From: Thermodesulfovibrionales bacterium | GTDB lineage: Bacteria; Nitrospirota; Thermodesulfovibrionia; Thermodesulfovibrionales; CALJEL01 | DNA length: 64,000 nucleotides | Assembly (NCBI GenBank): GCA_041082235.1 | Contig: JBDOIG010000079.1 | Span: forward strand, 5,860 to 69,859 | Direction of reading: 5' to 3' | In this document: positions 32,081 to 41,698 of the stretch, piece after piece | Numbering within the stretch: position 1 is the first letter of the stretch | Layout: the number at the start of each line of letters is the position of its first letter | Program-made: the position numbers and the translations under genes | The notes under the pieces: model-generated | Told to the model about the DNA's origin: nothing | Database searches by the model: none | The model's input: the letters and a program-made list of their open reading frames with translations, nothing else

Positions 32081-33496
32081 ATGATGGATTTTTCAAGGGA
32101 TATTGCATTAATAAAACCTGAGCTCTGGTTAACAGGTCTTGCTATTGTTGTTCTCCTGGCAGAGTTAATAATAAAGAAAAAAGAGGTTATTGCCTTTCTG
32201 GGGATCATAGCCATTGCTGTTACAGCCTTTATTACATTAAATGTTGCACCAGGGCTCGCCTTCAAAGAGATGTATACCTCTGATGGTTATTCCATGTTCT
32301 TCAAGTTTATTTTTTTTATAAGCAGTATCCTTACGATCCTCCTTTCAATGAGATACCTCGGTAATGAGAATGTGCATTATGGTGAATATTACAGTCTTCT
32401 TCTTTTTTCAGTCCTTGGTATGAGCTTTATGGCTTCTTCAAATGACCTTATCCTCCTTTACCTTGGTACAGAACTCATGGCGCTGAGCATCTATGTGCTT
32501 GCTGGATTTAAGAGATATGATGCAAGGTCAAATGAGGCAGCCCTTAAATATTTCCTGCTGGGTGCATTCTCTTCAGCTCTTCTGCTATATGGTATATCCT
32601 TTATATATCTCCTTACAGGAACGACAAATCTAAGGGAGATAGCTCAAAGGCTCATCTCTGGCAGCTCAGAACCAGTCCTGATGATTGCCCTGCTTTTTCT
32701 TGCCTCTGCCTTTGCCTTTAAGATTGCAGCAGTGCCTTTCCATATGTGGTCACCTGATGTCTATGAAGGAGCTCCGACACCAATCACAGCCTTTATGTCA
32801 GTTGGTCCAAAGGCAGCAGGCTTTGCAGTTATAGGAAGGGTCTTCATCATAGCCCTTGGTTCCATAGCAGTAGACTGGAAGACTGTATTAATGGTACTTT
32901 CGGTTCTCACAATGATAGTTGGTAATGTCCTTGCTATCAGCCAGACAAATATAAAGAGGATGCTTGCCTATTCATCCATTGCCCATTCAGGATATGCCCT
33001 CCTTGGCATAATAGCAGGGACACCTGAAGGCATAGGAAGCACCATGCTTTATCTCTTTATCTATGCCTTTATGAATATAGGTGCCTTTGCTATAGTGACG
33101 ATCATGGGCAGAGAAGGTGAACAGCTTTCTGATTATGAAGGCCTGGGTAAAACAGAACCCCTCTGGGCAGCCCTTATGCTTATATTTATGTTTTCCCTTA
33201 CAGGCATTCCACCAACAGCAGGATTTGTTGGAAAGTTCTATCTCTTCATGTCTGTTATAAATGCTGGCTATACAGGGCTTGCGATTCTGGCTGTTATAAT
33301 GAGTGCAGTTTCAGCCTATTTTTATCTCAGGGTGGTGATGCTCATGTACATGAAAGAACCCTCAAAGTCTGTCTCGGTAAGCCCGAATCTTCCAGAGGCC
33401 CTTGCAGTAACGATTACTACAGGGCTTGTACTTTTAATGGGAGTGTCACCTTATTACTTTATAGAATTTGCAAAGGCTGCAATGAGCCTTATATAA
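32081..33496 (+). CDS. nuoN: NADH-quinone oxidoreductase subunit N
   Basis: 471 aa. FKIAAVPFHMWSPDVYEGAPTPITAF and MLAYSSIAHSGY motifs. Confidence 0.95.
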   Translation: MMDFSRDIALIKPELWLTGLAIVVLLAELIIKKKEVIAFLGIIAIAVTAFITLNVAPGLAFKEMYTSDGYSMFFKFIFFISSILTILLSMRYLGNENVHYGEYYSLLLFSVLGMSFMASSNDLILLYLGTELMALSIYVLAGFKRYDARSNEAALKYFLLGAFSSALLLYGISFIYLLTGTTNLREIAQRLISGSSEPVLMIALLFLASAFAFKIAAVPFHMWSPDVYEGAPTPITAFMSVGPKAAGFAVIGRVFIIALGSIAVDWKTVLMVLSVLTMIVGNVLAISQTNIKRMLAYSSIAHSGYALLGIIAGTPEGIGSTMLYLFIYAFMNIGAFAIVTIMGREGEQLSDYEGLGKTEPLWAALMLIFMFSLTGIPPTAGFVGKFYLFMSVINAGYTGLAILAVIMSAVSAYFYLRVVMLMYMKEPSKSVSVSPNLPEALAVTITTGLVLLMGVSPYYFIEFAKAAMSLI

Positions 33497-33530
33497 GGGT
33501 TAACTGAAAATTAGAAAATCAAGTCTTCAA

Positions 33531-33560
33531 GGATTCCGAAAAATCAATAGATTTTTGAGA
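33531..33560. repeat. Degenerate C/A..T/G palindromic unit, intergenic (ggattccgaaaaatc-aata-gatttttgaga)
   Basis: 7-bp stem. Aligns with ggatccccagaaaatc-gtca-gattttctgggg at 51629-51660. Confidence 0.4.
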
Positions 33561-33652
33561 ATGCCTAAAGTCCTAATTCCGTAAAAATGAGTGATTTTTA
33601 TCCTTAATGGTAAAGTAATATTTGCATATGAAGGGCATGGCTTGACTCTATT

Positions 33653-34057
33653 ATGTGGGTCTATTACTCTCTGATAACCTTTCTTCTCTGGGGTATATGG
33701 GGATTTTTTGCCAAGCTATCATCGCATTACATAAGCCCGCAGGCAGTTTATCTATGGGGTAGTGCAGGTGCATTAATAGTAACCCTCTTATCGCTTCTTT
33801 TTCTTGGTTTTCATTTTGAGATTCAAACCAGAGGTATGCTTTATGGATTGCTGGCAGGCCTGACAGGTGGTGGAGGTGTTATATTCTTTTACTATGCCAT
33901 GAAGGAAGGAAAGGTATCGTTGGTGGTAACCACAACAGCGCTTTACCCATTGGTGACCATATTGTTGAGCTATTTAATCCTGAGGGAAGAGCTTTCTCTC
34001 AAACAGGCAATAGGTATGGCCTTTGCACTGATTGCAATGGTCTTGATGGCAGGTTAA
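33653..34057 (+). CDS. Small EamA-domain (DMT superfamily) membrane protein
   Basis: 134 aa with 4-5 TM segments. A single EamA-like half-transporter pattern ([12 protein letters not shown]...[22 protein letters not shown]). Confidence 0.65.
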   Translation: MWVYYSLITFLLWGIWGFFAKLSSHYISPQAVYLWGSAGALIVTLLSLLFLGFHFEIQTRGMLYGLLAGLTGGGGVIFFYYAMKEGKVSLVVTTTALYPLVTILLSYLILREELSLKQAIGMAFALIAMVLMAG

Positions 34058-34065
34058 AATATTTT

Positions 34066-35103
34066 ATGACTATCCGTCAGACACTTGAAGAGATTGAAAA
34101 AAAGATCCTTCATCCAAAGGCCTGTCTAAGCTCACAATCCAGAGGAAGGCTTAAGGAAGAGGCTGAGGATGAAATAAGGACATGCTTTCAGAGGGACAGA
34201 GACCGCATTATCCACAGCAAGGCATTCAGGAGGCTCAAACACAAGACCCAGGTCTTTCTTGCTCCAAAGGGTGATCACTACAGGACCAGGCTCACCCATG
34301 TACTTGAGGTCTCGCAGATTGCAAGGACCATTGCAAGGTCATTGAGGCTCAATGAAGACCTTACAGAGGCAATAGCCCTTGGCCATGACCTGGGACATAC
34401 ACCTTTTGGCCATGCTGGAGAGGCAGCCCTGAGGGAGATACATCCAGGAGGATTTGATCACTATGTTCAGAGTCTGAGGGTCGTTGATTTTTTAGAAAAG
34501 GATGGAAAAGGCCTTAATCTCACCCATGAAGTCAGGGATGGTATTGTTAAGCACTCAAAAGGTAAGGGCAATATAGTTCCAGAAAATCCAAAGGACAGGG
34601 CAATAACACTTGAAGGTCAGATAGTGAGGCTTGCTGATATAATTGCCTATGTGAATCACGACCTTGATGATGCCCTGAGGGCAGGAGTAATAAAGAAGGC
34701 TGATATTCCCCAGATAGTTACAAAAGTTCTTGGCGATACCCATTCAGAGAGGATAGATACCGCTGTAAAGGATGTGATAAAGACATCTCAAAAGTTAGAT
34801 CTTGTGGAGATCAGGATGAGCTCAGGTATCTCTGAGGCAATTTATAAATTAAGGGATTTTCTTTTTGAAAGGGTTTATGAAAGTGAGTCAATAATAAGTG
34901 AATTCAGGAAGACAAAAAAAATCTTGCAGGAGCTTTATTCTTATTATCTTGAGCATATAGATGAAATCCACAGGGCTATACTGCCTGAAAAAAAGGTTGA
35001 CAGACACAGGATGGTCTGCGATTTTATAGCAGGCATGACGGATAGATTTGCCCTTTCCACCTATGAAAGGCTCTTCCTCCCCCATGGCTGGACAGTGTAT
35101 TAA
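34066..35103 (+). CDS. dgt: dGTP triphosphohydrolase-like HD-domain protein
   Basis: [42 protein letters not shown] and [15 protein letters not shown] motifs. Confidence 0.88.
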   Translation: MTIRQTLEEIEKKILHPKACLSSQSRGRLKEEAEDEIRTCFQRDRDRIIHSKAFRRLKHKTQVFLAPKGDHYRTRLTHVLEVSQIARTIARSLRLNEDLTEAIALGHDLGHTPFGHAGEAALREIHPGGFDHYVQSLRVVDFLEKDGKGLNLTHEVRDGIVKHSKGKGNIVPENPKDRAITLEGQIVRLADIIAYVNHDLDDALRAGVIKKADIPQIVTKVLGDTHSERIDTAVKDVIKTSQKLDLVEIRMSSGISEAIYKLRDFLFERVYESESIISEFRKTKKILQELYSYYLEHIDEIHRAILPEKKVDRHRMVCDFIAGMTDRFALSTYERLFLPHGWTVY

Positions 35104-35117
35104 TTTTTGAGATTAAG

Positions 35118-35831
35118 GTGAAAAAGGATATAGCAATAATAGCCTCAGTTGACTTTGAGCTTTCCCTGATAGCAGCTTATCTTGGGGCTGAAAAACTAAA
35201 GTTCCATGAACCAATAAAAAAGGACAATATCATCCTCTGTCTTTCAGGGATAGGGATGGTTAATGCTGCGATTGCATCCACAAGGATTATGGAGCTCTAT
35301 TCTCCATCTATGATTATTTCCACTGGAGTCTGCGGTGCCTGTAAAGATTCCGGACTTGATATAGGAGACATTGCACTGGCTGAAACAGAGATCTACGGAG
35401 ATACAGGCGTGGTAATGAATGGAGATCTTCAGGATTTAAAGACCCTTGGTTTACCTGTTATAAGAAGGTCTTCTATGGAGATATTTAATGAGATACCTAT
35501 CATGAATTCTTATAAAGAAGCGATAGCTGACATCTGTAATAGCCTTGGCTTAAAGCTCAGGTGTGGAAGATTTGTCACAGTAGCAGGAATAACTGGTAAT
35601 CCTGAAATGGCTCAAAGCATACAGAGGAGATGGGATGCTATCTGTGAAAACATGGAAGGTGCTGCTGTTGCCCATGTGGCCTTATTAAATAAAATTGAGT
35701 TTATGGAGATAAGGGGTGTCAGTAACATGGCAGGTGACAGGGATAAAAGCAGATGGGATTTGAGACTGGCAGCAGAAAACTGTCAGAGGGTCCTGTGTAG
35801 ATTTATTGATGAACATGGCAAGGATATTTAA
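35118..35831 (+). CDS. mqnB: Futalosine hydrolase-like nucleosidase (PNP/UDP family)
   Basis: 237 aa. SGIGMVNAA, ISTGVCGA and ENMEGAAVAHVA..IRGVSNMAGDRD resemble MqnB/MTA-nucleosidase-fold proteins. Confidence 0.6.
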   Translation: MKKDIAIIASVDFELSLIAAYLGAEKLKFHEPIKKDNIILCLSGIGMVNAAIASTRIMELYSPSMIISTGVCGACKDSGLDIGDIALAETEIYGDTGVVMNGDLQDLKTLGLPVIRRSSMEIFNEIPIMNSYKEAIADICNSLGLKLRCGRFVTVAGITGNPEMAQSIQRRWDAICENMEGAAVAHVALLNKIEFMEIRGVSNMAGDRDKSRWDLRLAAENCQRVLCRFIDEHGKDI

Positions 35832-36088
35832 GACTAAAATCCATGCTGTTTTATCTTTAAAGCTACACTTTTAAAAAACCCGAAACTTACATAAAGAAAT
35901 AGCAAGATATGCCTCAAAACTTTTATAAGGCAGCAATGATCAAGATACAGGATTCAGAATACAGATTTTTAAAATTATCATGTATCATGGATTTTAGGGT
36001 AGCGCAATAAAGGCCTCTCGGCATGTCCTGCTACCTCTATCGGTACTTTTTGGATGTGCATGACTTCTCCACTGGCACTCTTTATTTA

Positions 36089-36097
36089 TGTTATAAT
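36089..36097 (+). promoter_or_regulatory. Candidate extended -10 promoter element upstream of hfq (TGtTATAAT)
   Basis: tgttataat read at 36089-36097, about 50 nt upstream of the hfq ATG. No good -35 element. Confidence 0.35.
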
Positions 36098-36146
36098 CAA
36101 CCTGTGCTATAGAAATATTAATCTATAAAAATAAAAGAGGTGATAT

Positions 36147-36383
36147 ATGTCCAAATCACAGAATTATCAGGATGCCTATCTTAATCAATTAAGGAAGGAA
36201 AAGGTCCCTGTAACTGTGTTTCTTACAAATGGAGTAAGGCTTAAAGGAATTATCAAGGGGTTTGATAACTTTGTAATAATAATAAAAGAGGCCAATACCA
36301 TGATGGTCTATAAGCATGCAGTTTCTACTATTGTTCCGGACAGGGAGATTGAGTTCACCCCGCAGGAGGAGGTGGCGAAGTAA
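36147..36383 (+). CDS. hfq: RNA chaperone Hfq
   Basis: [39 protein letters not shown]...[12 protein letters not shown] (Sm1/Sm2 motifs). SD aaagaggtg. Confidence 0.95.
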   Translation: MSKSQNYQDAYLNQLRKEKVPVTVFLTNGVRLKGIIKGFDNFVIIIKEANTMMVYKHAVSTIVPDREIEFTPQEEVAK

Positions 36384-36391
36384 CAGTTCAG

Positions 36392-36784
36392 ATGCATAAA
36401 AATCCCGTTCCCACTGTGGATATTATAATTGAATATAGAGGAGGGATTATTCTCATTAAAAGAAAGAATGAACCAAGGGGCTGGGCAATTCCAGGGGGAT
36501 TTGTGGATTATGGTGAGACCCTTGAATCTGCAGCAGTGAGAGAGGCAAAGGAAGAGACCAATCTTGATATAGAACTTATAAGGCAGTTTCATACCTATTC
36601 TGATCCAAAAAGGGATCCAAGAAGACATACAATTTCAACGGTCTTTATTGCAAAGGGCTCTGGTGAGTTAAGGCCTGGAGATGATGCAGAGGATGCTGGA
36701 ATATTTAATCAAGATAATTTACCTGAGCCAATAGTCTTTGACCATAGAGAGATATTGAATGACTATTTTTTGAAAAGATATTAA
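36392..36784 (+). CDS. NUDIX hydrolase
   Basis: Nudix box [24 protein letters not shown]. Confidence 0.88.
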   Translation: MHKNPVPTVDIIIEYRGGIILIKRKNEPRGWAIPGGFVDYGETLESAAVREAKEETNLDIELIRQFHTYSDPKRDPRRHTISTVFIAKGSGELRPGDDAEDAGIFNQDNLPEPIVFDHREILNDYFLKRY

Positions 36785-36797
36785 GGAGGAAGTATCC

Positions 36798-37463
36798 ATG
36801 CTTAAATTCATGAGAAAACATGCAAAGTTTTTTTATTTTTTCTTCTTTATAATAATAATCTCCTTTGTCTTCTTTTATGTTGGGCCTATAGATAAATCAC
36901 AGAATCTCGTAGCTGTAAAGGTAAATGGTGACAGGATTTATGCAGAGGAATACTGGAGGACCTTTGAAAACCTGAGGAGATATTATTCTGAAAGAACTCA
37001 GATTGATGAGGCAATGGAAAAAAAACTCAAGCAGGAGGCACTTGAGGCACTTATAAATGACAGGATACTCTCAAGGATAGTGGATGAATTTGGGATAAAG
37101 GTCAGCGACAGGGAGGTTGAGGATGCTATTGTAAACAACCCGATATTTATGAGAAATGGGGTTTTTAATAAAGAACTTTATATCTGGACACTCAGGCAGA
37201 ATAGACTTGCTCCAGAGATGTATGAAGCATCTCTCAGAAGATCGCTGAGGATTGCAAAACTCAGGAGACTTATTGAAGGTACTGTTGAGTTTGAAAGCCA
37301 GGCATTAAGCATATCAGGAGACAATGACCTTGCAAAGGCTTTAAAAGAGGCGGTCCTTTTTGAGGAAAAAGACAGGCTTCTTAAGGCTTATATTGATGGC
37401 TTGAAAAGGTATATGAAGATTGAAAAAAATCCTGATTTTCTAAAGAGAGAGGGTCTTTCCTGA
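36798..37463 (+). CDS. SurA N-terminal-domain / PpiD-like periplasmic chaperone (no PPIase domain)
   Basis: MLKFMRKHAKFFYFFFFIIIISFVFFYV anchor, then a helical chaperone-domain pattern typical of PpiD/SurA_N proteins. Confidence 0.6.
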   Translation: MLKFMRKHAKFFYFFFFIIIISFVFFYVGPIDKSQNLVAVKVNGDRIYAEEYWRTFENLRRYYSERTQIDEAMEKKLKQEALEALINDRILSRIVDEFGIKVSDREVEDAIVNNPIFMRNGVFNKELYIWTLRQNRLAPEMYEASLRRSLRIAKLRRLIEGTVEFESQALSISGDNDLAKALKEAVLFEEKDRLLKAYIDGLKRYMKIEKNPDFLKREGLS

Positions 37464-37575
37464 AGATGCTTGAGACTTTCTAAAAAAGGAAGGGGTTTTC
37501 TAAAAAAGGGAAAGATTTTTAAAAAGAATATTTTTTTAAAAGAAATTTTTCGGCACAAAAATTGCGTCATTATAT
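37446..37575 (+). repeat. Phased T-tract/A-tract degenerate tandem repeats (ttttctaaaaaagg-type, period about 17-21 bp)
   Basis: ttttctaaagagagaggg (37446), ctttctaaaaaaggaagggg (37486), ttttctaaaaaagggaaag (37507), atttttaaaaagaatat (37526), ttttttaaaagaaattttt (37543). Confidence 0.55.
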
Positions 37576-37604
37576 CTACTCAAAAACGAAAGGAGGTGAG
37601 CAGT

Positions 37605-38018
37605 GTGAAGAGGATAATTGCATTGTTAACAGTAGCAATCTTTGTCCTTACTGTAGGTATTGCCTTTGCAGAGCAGGCAACACAGCCAGCACCTGCACCA
37701 GAAAAGAAGGAGGCTGCACCTGCTGAAAAGAAGGCTCCTACAAAGTATCTCTCAGTAAAAGGTGAGGTTACAGCAGTTGATCCTGCTACTAACAGCTTAA
37801 CTATCAAGAGCAAGAAGCAGGAGGTTCAGCTTTCAGTAACAGATAAGACAAAGATTATGATTGGCAAGGAAAAGAAATCTCTTGCTGATGTGAAGGTAGG
37901 GGATGCTGCAACAGCAAAGTATAAAAAGGAAAAGGATAAGAATGTTGCTACATCCATTAATGTGACACCAAAGAAGGCTGAGGTAGCACCTGCTCCAGCA
38001 GCACCAGCAAAGAAGTAA
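37605..38018 (+). CDS. Small secreted protein with Pro/Ala-rich flanks (function unknown)
   Basis: GTG 37605 is preceded by SD aaggagg (37589-37595). The product VKRIIALLTVAIFVLTVGIAFAEQ... has a signal peptide. The upstream part of track ORF 37470.. only translates the A/T-tract repeats. Confidence 0.6.
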   Translation: MKRIIALLTVAIFVLTVGIAFAEQATQPAPAPEKKEAAPAEKKAPTKYLSVKGEVTAVDPATNSLTIKSKKQEVQLSVTDKTKIMIGKEKKSLADVKVGDAATAKYKKEKDKNVATSINVTPKKAEVAPAPAAPAKK

Positions 38019-38028
38019 AAATGAGATT

Positions 38029-38076
38029 GGGTTGAGAAGGGGATAGCTCTCCATCTCAACCCTTTTATTTATATTT
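38029..38076 (+). terminator. Rho-independent terminator
   Basis: Stem gggttgaga(agggga-tagc-tctcc)atctcaaccc followed by ttttatttatattttt. Confidence 0.75.
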
Positions 38077-38095
38077 TTAGAACAAAAATGGTCAT

Positions 38096-38671
38096 ATGTT
38101 TTTACTAAAACAGAAGGGATTGATAATAGCCTTATTCATTATTTTATTTGGCAATATAATTCTTGTAGAAGATTGTCACGCTAAAATATATAAATATGTG
38201 GATAAAAATGGTACCCCATGTTTTACAGATAGCCTTCATGCTATCCCTGAGGAGTACAGGAAGGATGCAATAGAGATAGAAGACAGACCGGGTTCATCTG
38301 AGATTAAATCTGCAGGGGAGCAAGCAATTCATTCAGTAAAGACAGATAGAAAAGAAGAAAAGACCATATGGCAAAATCTTTTCCGTAGCAATTTATTTAA
38401 ATCAATTATTGTGATAACAGTTTTTCTTTTTTTCTTCATAATTGCCGGGAAGGTAGCCAACTATATCGGACATGGAAGAGCTGCAACAATTATTAGGATA
38501 GTTCTAACCTTTCTTCTATTGGTATATTTATTTAATTTACATGCACAAAGGGTAATTAATACCTTTATTGAAATAAAGGGTCAAATAATGGGTATTAAAA
38601 AGCAGGTAGAAGAAAGGGATGAGAAAATAAACAAATTAATAATGGCACCCTATGAAGAGCCCGGTAAATAA
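38096..38671 (+). CDS. DUF4124-like membrane protein
   Basis: N-terminal KIYKYVDKNGTPCFTDSLHAIPEEYR resembles the DUF4124 motif. TM segments in the C-terminal half. Confidence 0.5.
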   Translation: MFLLKQKGLIIALFIILFGNIILVEDCHAKIYKYVDKNGTPCFTDSLHAIPEEYRKDAIEIEDRPGSSEIKSAGEQAIHSVKTDRKEEKTIWQNLFRSNLFKSIIVITVFLFFFIIAGKVANYIGHGRAATIIRIVLTFLLLVYLFNLHAQRVINTFIEIKGQIMGIKKQVEERDEKINKLIMAPYEEPGK

Positions 38672-38713
38672 GAATTATTAAGGGCAAAAAAGAAAAATTA
38701 TAAATTCAGGGGA

Positions 38714-39055
38714 TTACCCAGGTGGCCAGTGCATGGGCCTACCACCGAGTAAGTGAAGATGAATATGAAAAACCGTCTGACCTGCCTCCCTGTTGCAATT
38801 AAGAACCAGCCTGAAACCTCTTTCAGCAATACCCTTCTCGGTTGCGATTCTGCTGGCTACAAGAAACAGGTGACCTATTAATTCCTGGTCTTCCTTTTTT
38901 AATTCAAGAACAGTGGATATGTGTTTTTTGGGGATTACAAGGACATGCACGGGTGCCTGAGGATTTATATCCTCAAAGGCAAGAGAGATTTGATCTTCAT
39001 AGAGGATTTTAGAAGGAAGTTTTTTTTCAGCTATCCTGCAAAATATACACTCCAT
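38714..39055 (-). CDS. HIT-family (histidine triad) nucleotide hydrolase
   Basis: MECIFCRI...INPQAPVHVLVIPKKH...HIHLHLLGG histidine triad. Confidence 0.9.
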   Translation of the reverse strand: MECIFCRIAEKKLPSKILYEDQISLAFEDINPQAPVHVLVIPKKHISTVLELKKEDQELIGHLFLVASRIATEKGIAERGFRLVLNCNREAGQTVFHIHLHLLGGRPMHWPPG

Positions 39056-39075
39056 ATTATTCCTCTAAATCTTGC

Positions 39076-39420
39076 TTAAAAATTTTTTGGCTCCAGCTCT
39101 TCTCCCTTTATATTTCTATAAAAACATGTCCTGTGCCCTGTGTGGCAGGCACCTTTGCCGTGCTGGATGACCTTTATCAAAAGGGTGTCGGCATCACAAT
39201 CAACAAGTATCTCCTTCACTTCCTGAACATTTCCTGAGGTCTCTCCCTTCTTCCAGTATTTCTGCCTTGACCTTGACCAGAAGTGGGTATATCCTGTCTC
39301 TATGGTCAATCTTAAGGCGTTTTCATTCATATAAGCCATCATAAGTACCTCTCCAGTATTTATATCCTGGATAATTGCAGGTATCAGGCCTTTTTCATCG
39401 TATTTTAATTCCTTAATCAT
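39076..39420 (-). CDS. hisI: Phosphoribosyl-AMP cyclohydrolase
   Basis: [37 protein letters not shown] and [10 protein letters not shown] motifs. Confidence 0.9.
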   Translation of the reverse strand: MIKELKYDEKGLIPAIIQDINTGEVLMMAYMNENALRLTIETGYTHFWSRSRQKYWKKGETSGNVQEVKEILVDCDADTLLIKVIQHGKGACHTGHRTCFYRNIKGEELEPKNF

Positions 39421-39465
39421 CCTGCCTCCTTATCTGTCACTTTGCCTTTATCTTTCACTGAATCT

Positions 39466-39555
39466 TTTGAGGGACAGGGCCCCTCAAACTCCTCTTTTAT
39501 AATTTTTAATTAAAAATTTATTTTCAGGGATTTCAAAGGGGCGAAGCCCCTTTGA
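39466..39555 (+). repeat. Composite double-hairpin repeat, copy C (hairpin 39466-39488, 18-bp AT palindrome 39501-39518, hairpin 39533-39555)
   Basis: tttgaggg-acagggc-ccctcaaa, then ctcctcttttat, then aatttttaattaaaaatt, then caaaggggc-gaa-gcccctttg. The last hairpin overlaps the stop and last 7 codons of the gene 39533..41470. Confidence 0.8.
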
Positions 39556-41470
39556 GAATCTCCATAACAGATGGGAATCTTTCAAGTTCTGTATGGGGTA
39601 AAAAGAGGGCAGATAGATATTCATCCATAAAACCTCTTGATACAGAGAGCTCCATATAGGTCATCTTCTGACTTATTTCCTCTGCCTCCTTCCGCATCCT
39701 TTTTGAAAGCAGACACAGATAGGCCCCTGCAATGGATGTATTTCCAAGAAAAACAAATCTATCAACAGGCAGGTCAGGAAGCATTCCAAGAAGTATTGCC
39801 TTCCTGGGGTTAAGATAATTTCCAAATCCACCTGCTATATAAACCTTCTCAATGGAGTTGAGATCAAGCCCTGCTTCTTTTAAGATAAGTGAAACGCCTG
39901 CATAGATTGCAGCCTTTGCCCTCATGATATTCTCAATGTCAGGTTCAGTGAGAACAATACTGAAGGTTGTCTCACCTCTTCTGTCCTCATAAAAGACATA
40001 TTCAGGACCATCATCTCCTTCTCTAATCCTTTTTGTTCTTTCCTTGATAAATTTTCCTTTCTGATCAATTATTCCATTTAAAAACATCTCTGAGATTGCA
40101 TCAATCATACCAGAACCGCATATCCCGATAGGCTTCCCATTTCCGATAACTGAAAATTCTGGTTCAAGGGTGTTTGGATTAAATCTAATCTCTTCTATTG
40201 CACCCTTTGTTGCCCTCATGCCAGATTTTATTCCGCTTCCTTCAAAGCAAGGACCTGCCGAGCAGGCTGCTGTCATCAACCATTCATTGTTTCCAACTAC
40301 TATCTCACCATTTGTTCCTATATCCATAAAAAGGGATATCTCAGGGTGTCTGTGCATCCTGGATGCAAGGACACCTGCTACAATATCTCCACCAACATAG
40401 CTGGCCACACAGGGGATGGTGTATACAGGGGCCTGAGGATTTATGTTAAGTCCTGCTGTACCTGCCCTCCAGACAGGAAAGAAATTTACAGTTGGTATAT
40501 AGGGCTCTTCCCTTATTGAACCTGGATCAAGCCCCCAGAAGATGTGACTCATGGTTGTATTGCCTGCTATGGTAGCTGATAGGATATCCTCTTTGTTTAT
40601 AGAGTGTCTAGTTGCCATTGAATTTGTAATTGTGTTTATGTCCTCAATAACTGCCTTTGTCAATTCCTCAAGCCCATTCTTTTCAGTGGCATATATTATC
40701 CTTGTTATTACATCGTCACCATATCTTATCTGTGAGTTATATGTGGAGCCTACATCAACTATCCTTCCATCATCAAGGTTAACAAGATATACAACAACTG
40801 TTGTAGTTCCGATATCCACAGCTATGCCATATCTTGGTGTATCTTTCTGGGCTGATATAAACAGGGCCTCCAGTGAATTGGTGCCGGAGGTAACAGTCCC
40901 CGTTTCTGCTAAGCTACAGCCAAGGCAGTCAGCATAGTGGACCCTTATGTCCCAGTCATTTTTTCTCAGGGCACCGGAAAGGTCTTTTAAAAATCTATTT
41001 GAGAATCTCAGGCCTTCAAGACCTTTGTCTTTTAATGCCCTTTTCAGTCTTTCAAGGTCACTGATATTATCAATAATGGTAGGATGAGGAAGATTAAGGT
41101 CTAAATACCTTACAAGAGGTGATATATCCCCTCCAAGAGATAGAAGAAGCTCAAAAAGGTCTCTACCTTTTGAGATGGCAATCTTGTCTCCAACAGTAAG
41201 CTTTGAATCCTCTGGAACCTCAATAATAAGGTCAGCAAGCGGGATTGTCTGGCAGGCAAGGACAAAGCCCTTTTTTCTTTCCTCAGCAGTAAGCTTGCCA
41301 GAACCTTTAACCTCAAAGGAGCCGTCAATAATCCTTATCCTGCATTTCCCGCATGTTCCTTTTCCACCGCAGGAAGCAACAAGATAAAATTCAGCCTCCT
41401 TAAGGGCCCCAAGGACAGTCTGTCCCTTTCTGATAGAAAAACTATCACCACTTGTAAGCTGAAGCTTCAT
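39533..41470 (-). CDS. RACo-like reductive activator of corrinoid proteins (2Fe-2S ferredoxin domain + ASKHA/DUF4445 ATPase)
   Basis: 645 aa. N-terminal plant-type ferredoxin motif ASCGGKGTCGKCRIRI..ACQT. DIGTTTVV and MDIGTNGEIV ASKHA phosphate motifs. Size is close to known RACo proteins. Confidence 0.7.
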   Translation of the reverse strand: MKLQLTSGDSFSIRKGQTVLGALKEAEFYLVASCGGKGTCGKCRIRIIDGSFEVKGSGKLTAEERKKGFVLACQTIPLADLIIEVPEDSKLTVGDKIAISKGRDLFELLLSLGGDISPLVRYLDLNLPHPTIIDNISDLERLKRALKDKGLEGLRFSNRFLKDLSGALRKNDWDIRVHYADCLGCSLAETGTVTSGTNSLEALFISAQKDTPRYGIAVDIGTTTVVVYLVNLDDGRIVDVGSTYNSQIRYGDDVITRIIYATEKNGLEELTKAVIEDINTITNSMATRHSINKEDILSATIAGNTTMSHIFWGLDPGSIREEPYIPTVNFFPVWRAGTAGLNINPQAPVYTIPCVASYVGGDIVAGVLASRMHRHPEISLFMDIGTNGEIVVGNNEWLMTAACSAGPCFEGSGIKSGMRATKGAIEEIRFNPNTLEPEFSVIGNGKPIGICGSGMIDAISEMFLNGIIDQKGKFIKERTKRIREGDDGPEYVFYEDRRGETTFSIVLTEPDIENIMRAKAAIYAGVSLILKEAGLDLNSIEKVYIAGGFGNYLNPRKAILLGMLPDLPVDRFVFLGNTSIAGAYLCLLSKRMRKEAEEISQKMTYMELSVSRGFMDEYLSALFLPHTELERFPSVMEILKGASPL

Positions 41471-41518
41471 GGATGTTCCTGATTTTTAAAAGGCCCCATA
41501 CCTTATAGGGCCCGTTAA

Positions 41519-41698
41519 CTTACTCAAATTTTATTGCCTGAGATGGACATACATCTGCTGCTTCCTGACAATTGCAGGTGTTGCATTTATCGGGTCCTAT
41601 TACCCATGCCTTCTCATCTCTGAGTTCAAAGACCTCTGGACAGAGTTCCACACAGGAACCGCAGCCTATACAAAGATCCTGATCAACTACTGGGGTCA
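41519..41698 (-). CDS. fdx: Small ferredoxin (single-cluster type)
   Basis: Below the track size cutoff. My translation is MTPVVDQDLCIGCGSCVELCPEVFELRDEKAWVIGPDKCNTCNCQEAADVCPSQAIKFE (59 aa). SD aaggagg lies 5 nt upstream. Confidence 0.75.

Noticed and set aside
35909-36010. 33-aa ORF starting at the ATGCCTCAA motif in the mqnB-hfq spacer
   Set aside because: It has no SD. The other copies of the motif have reading frames that stop after 7-27 codons, so the similarity is at the DNA level.
37470-37604. N-terminal 45 codons of track ORF 37470..38018
   Set aside because: This stretch translates the A/T-tract repeats into a K/F-rich string. A GTG with a good SD at 37605 starts a normal signal peptide.
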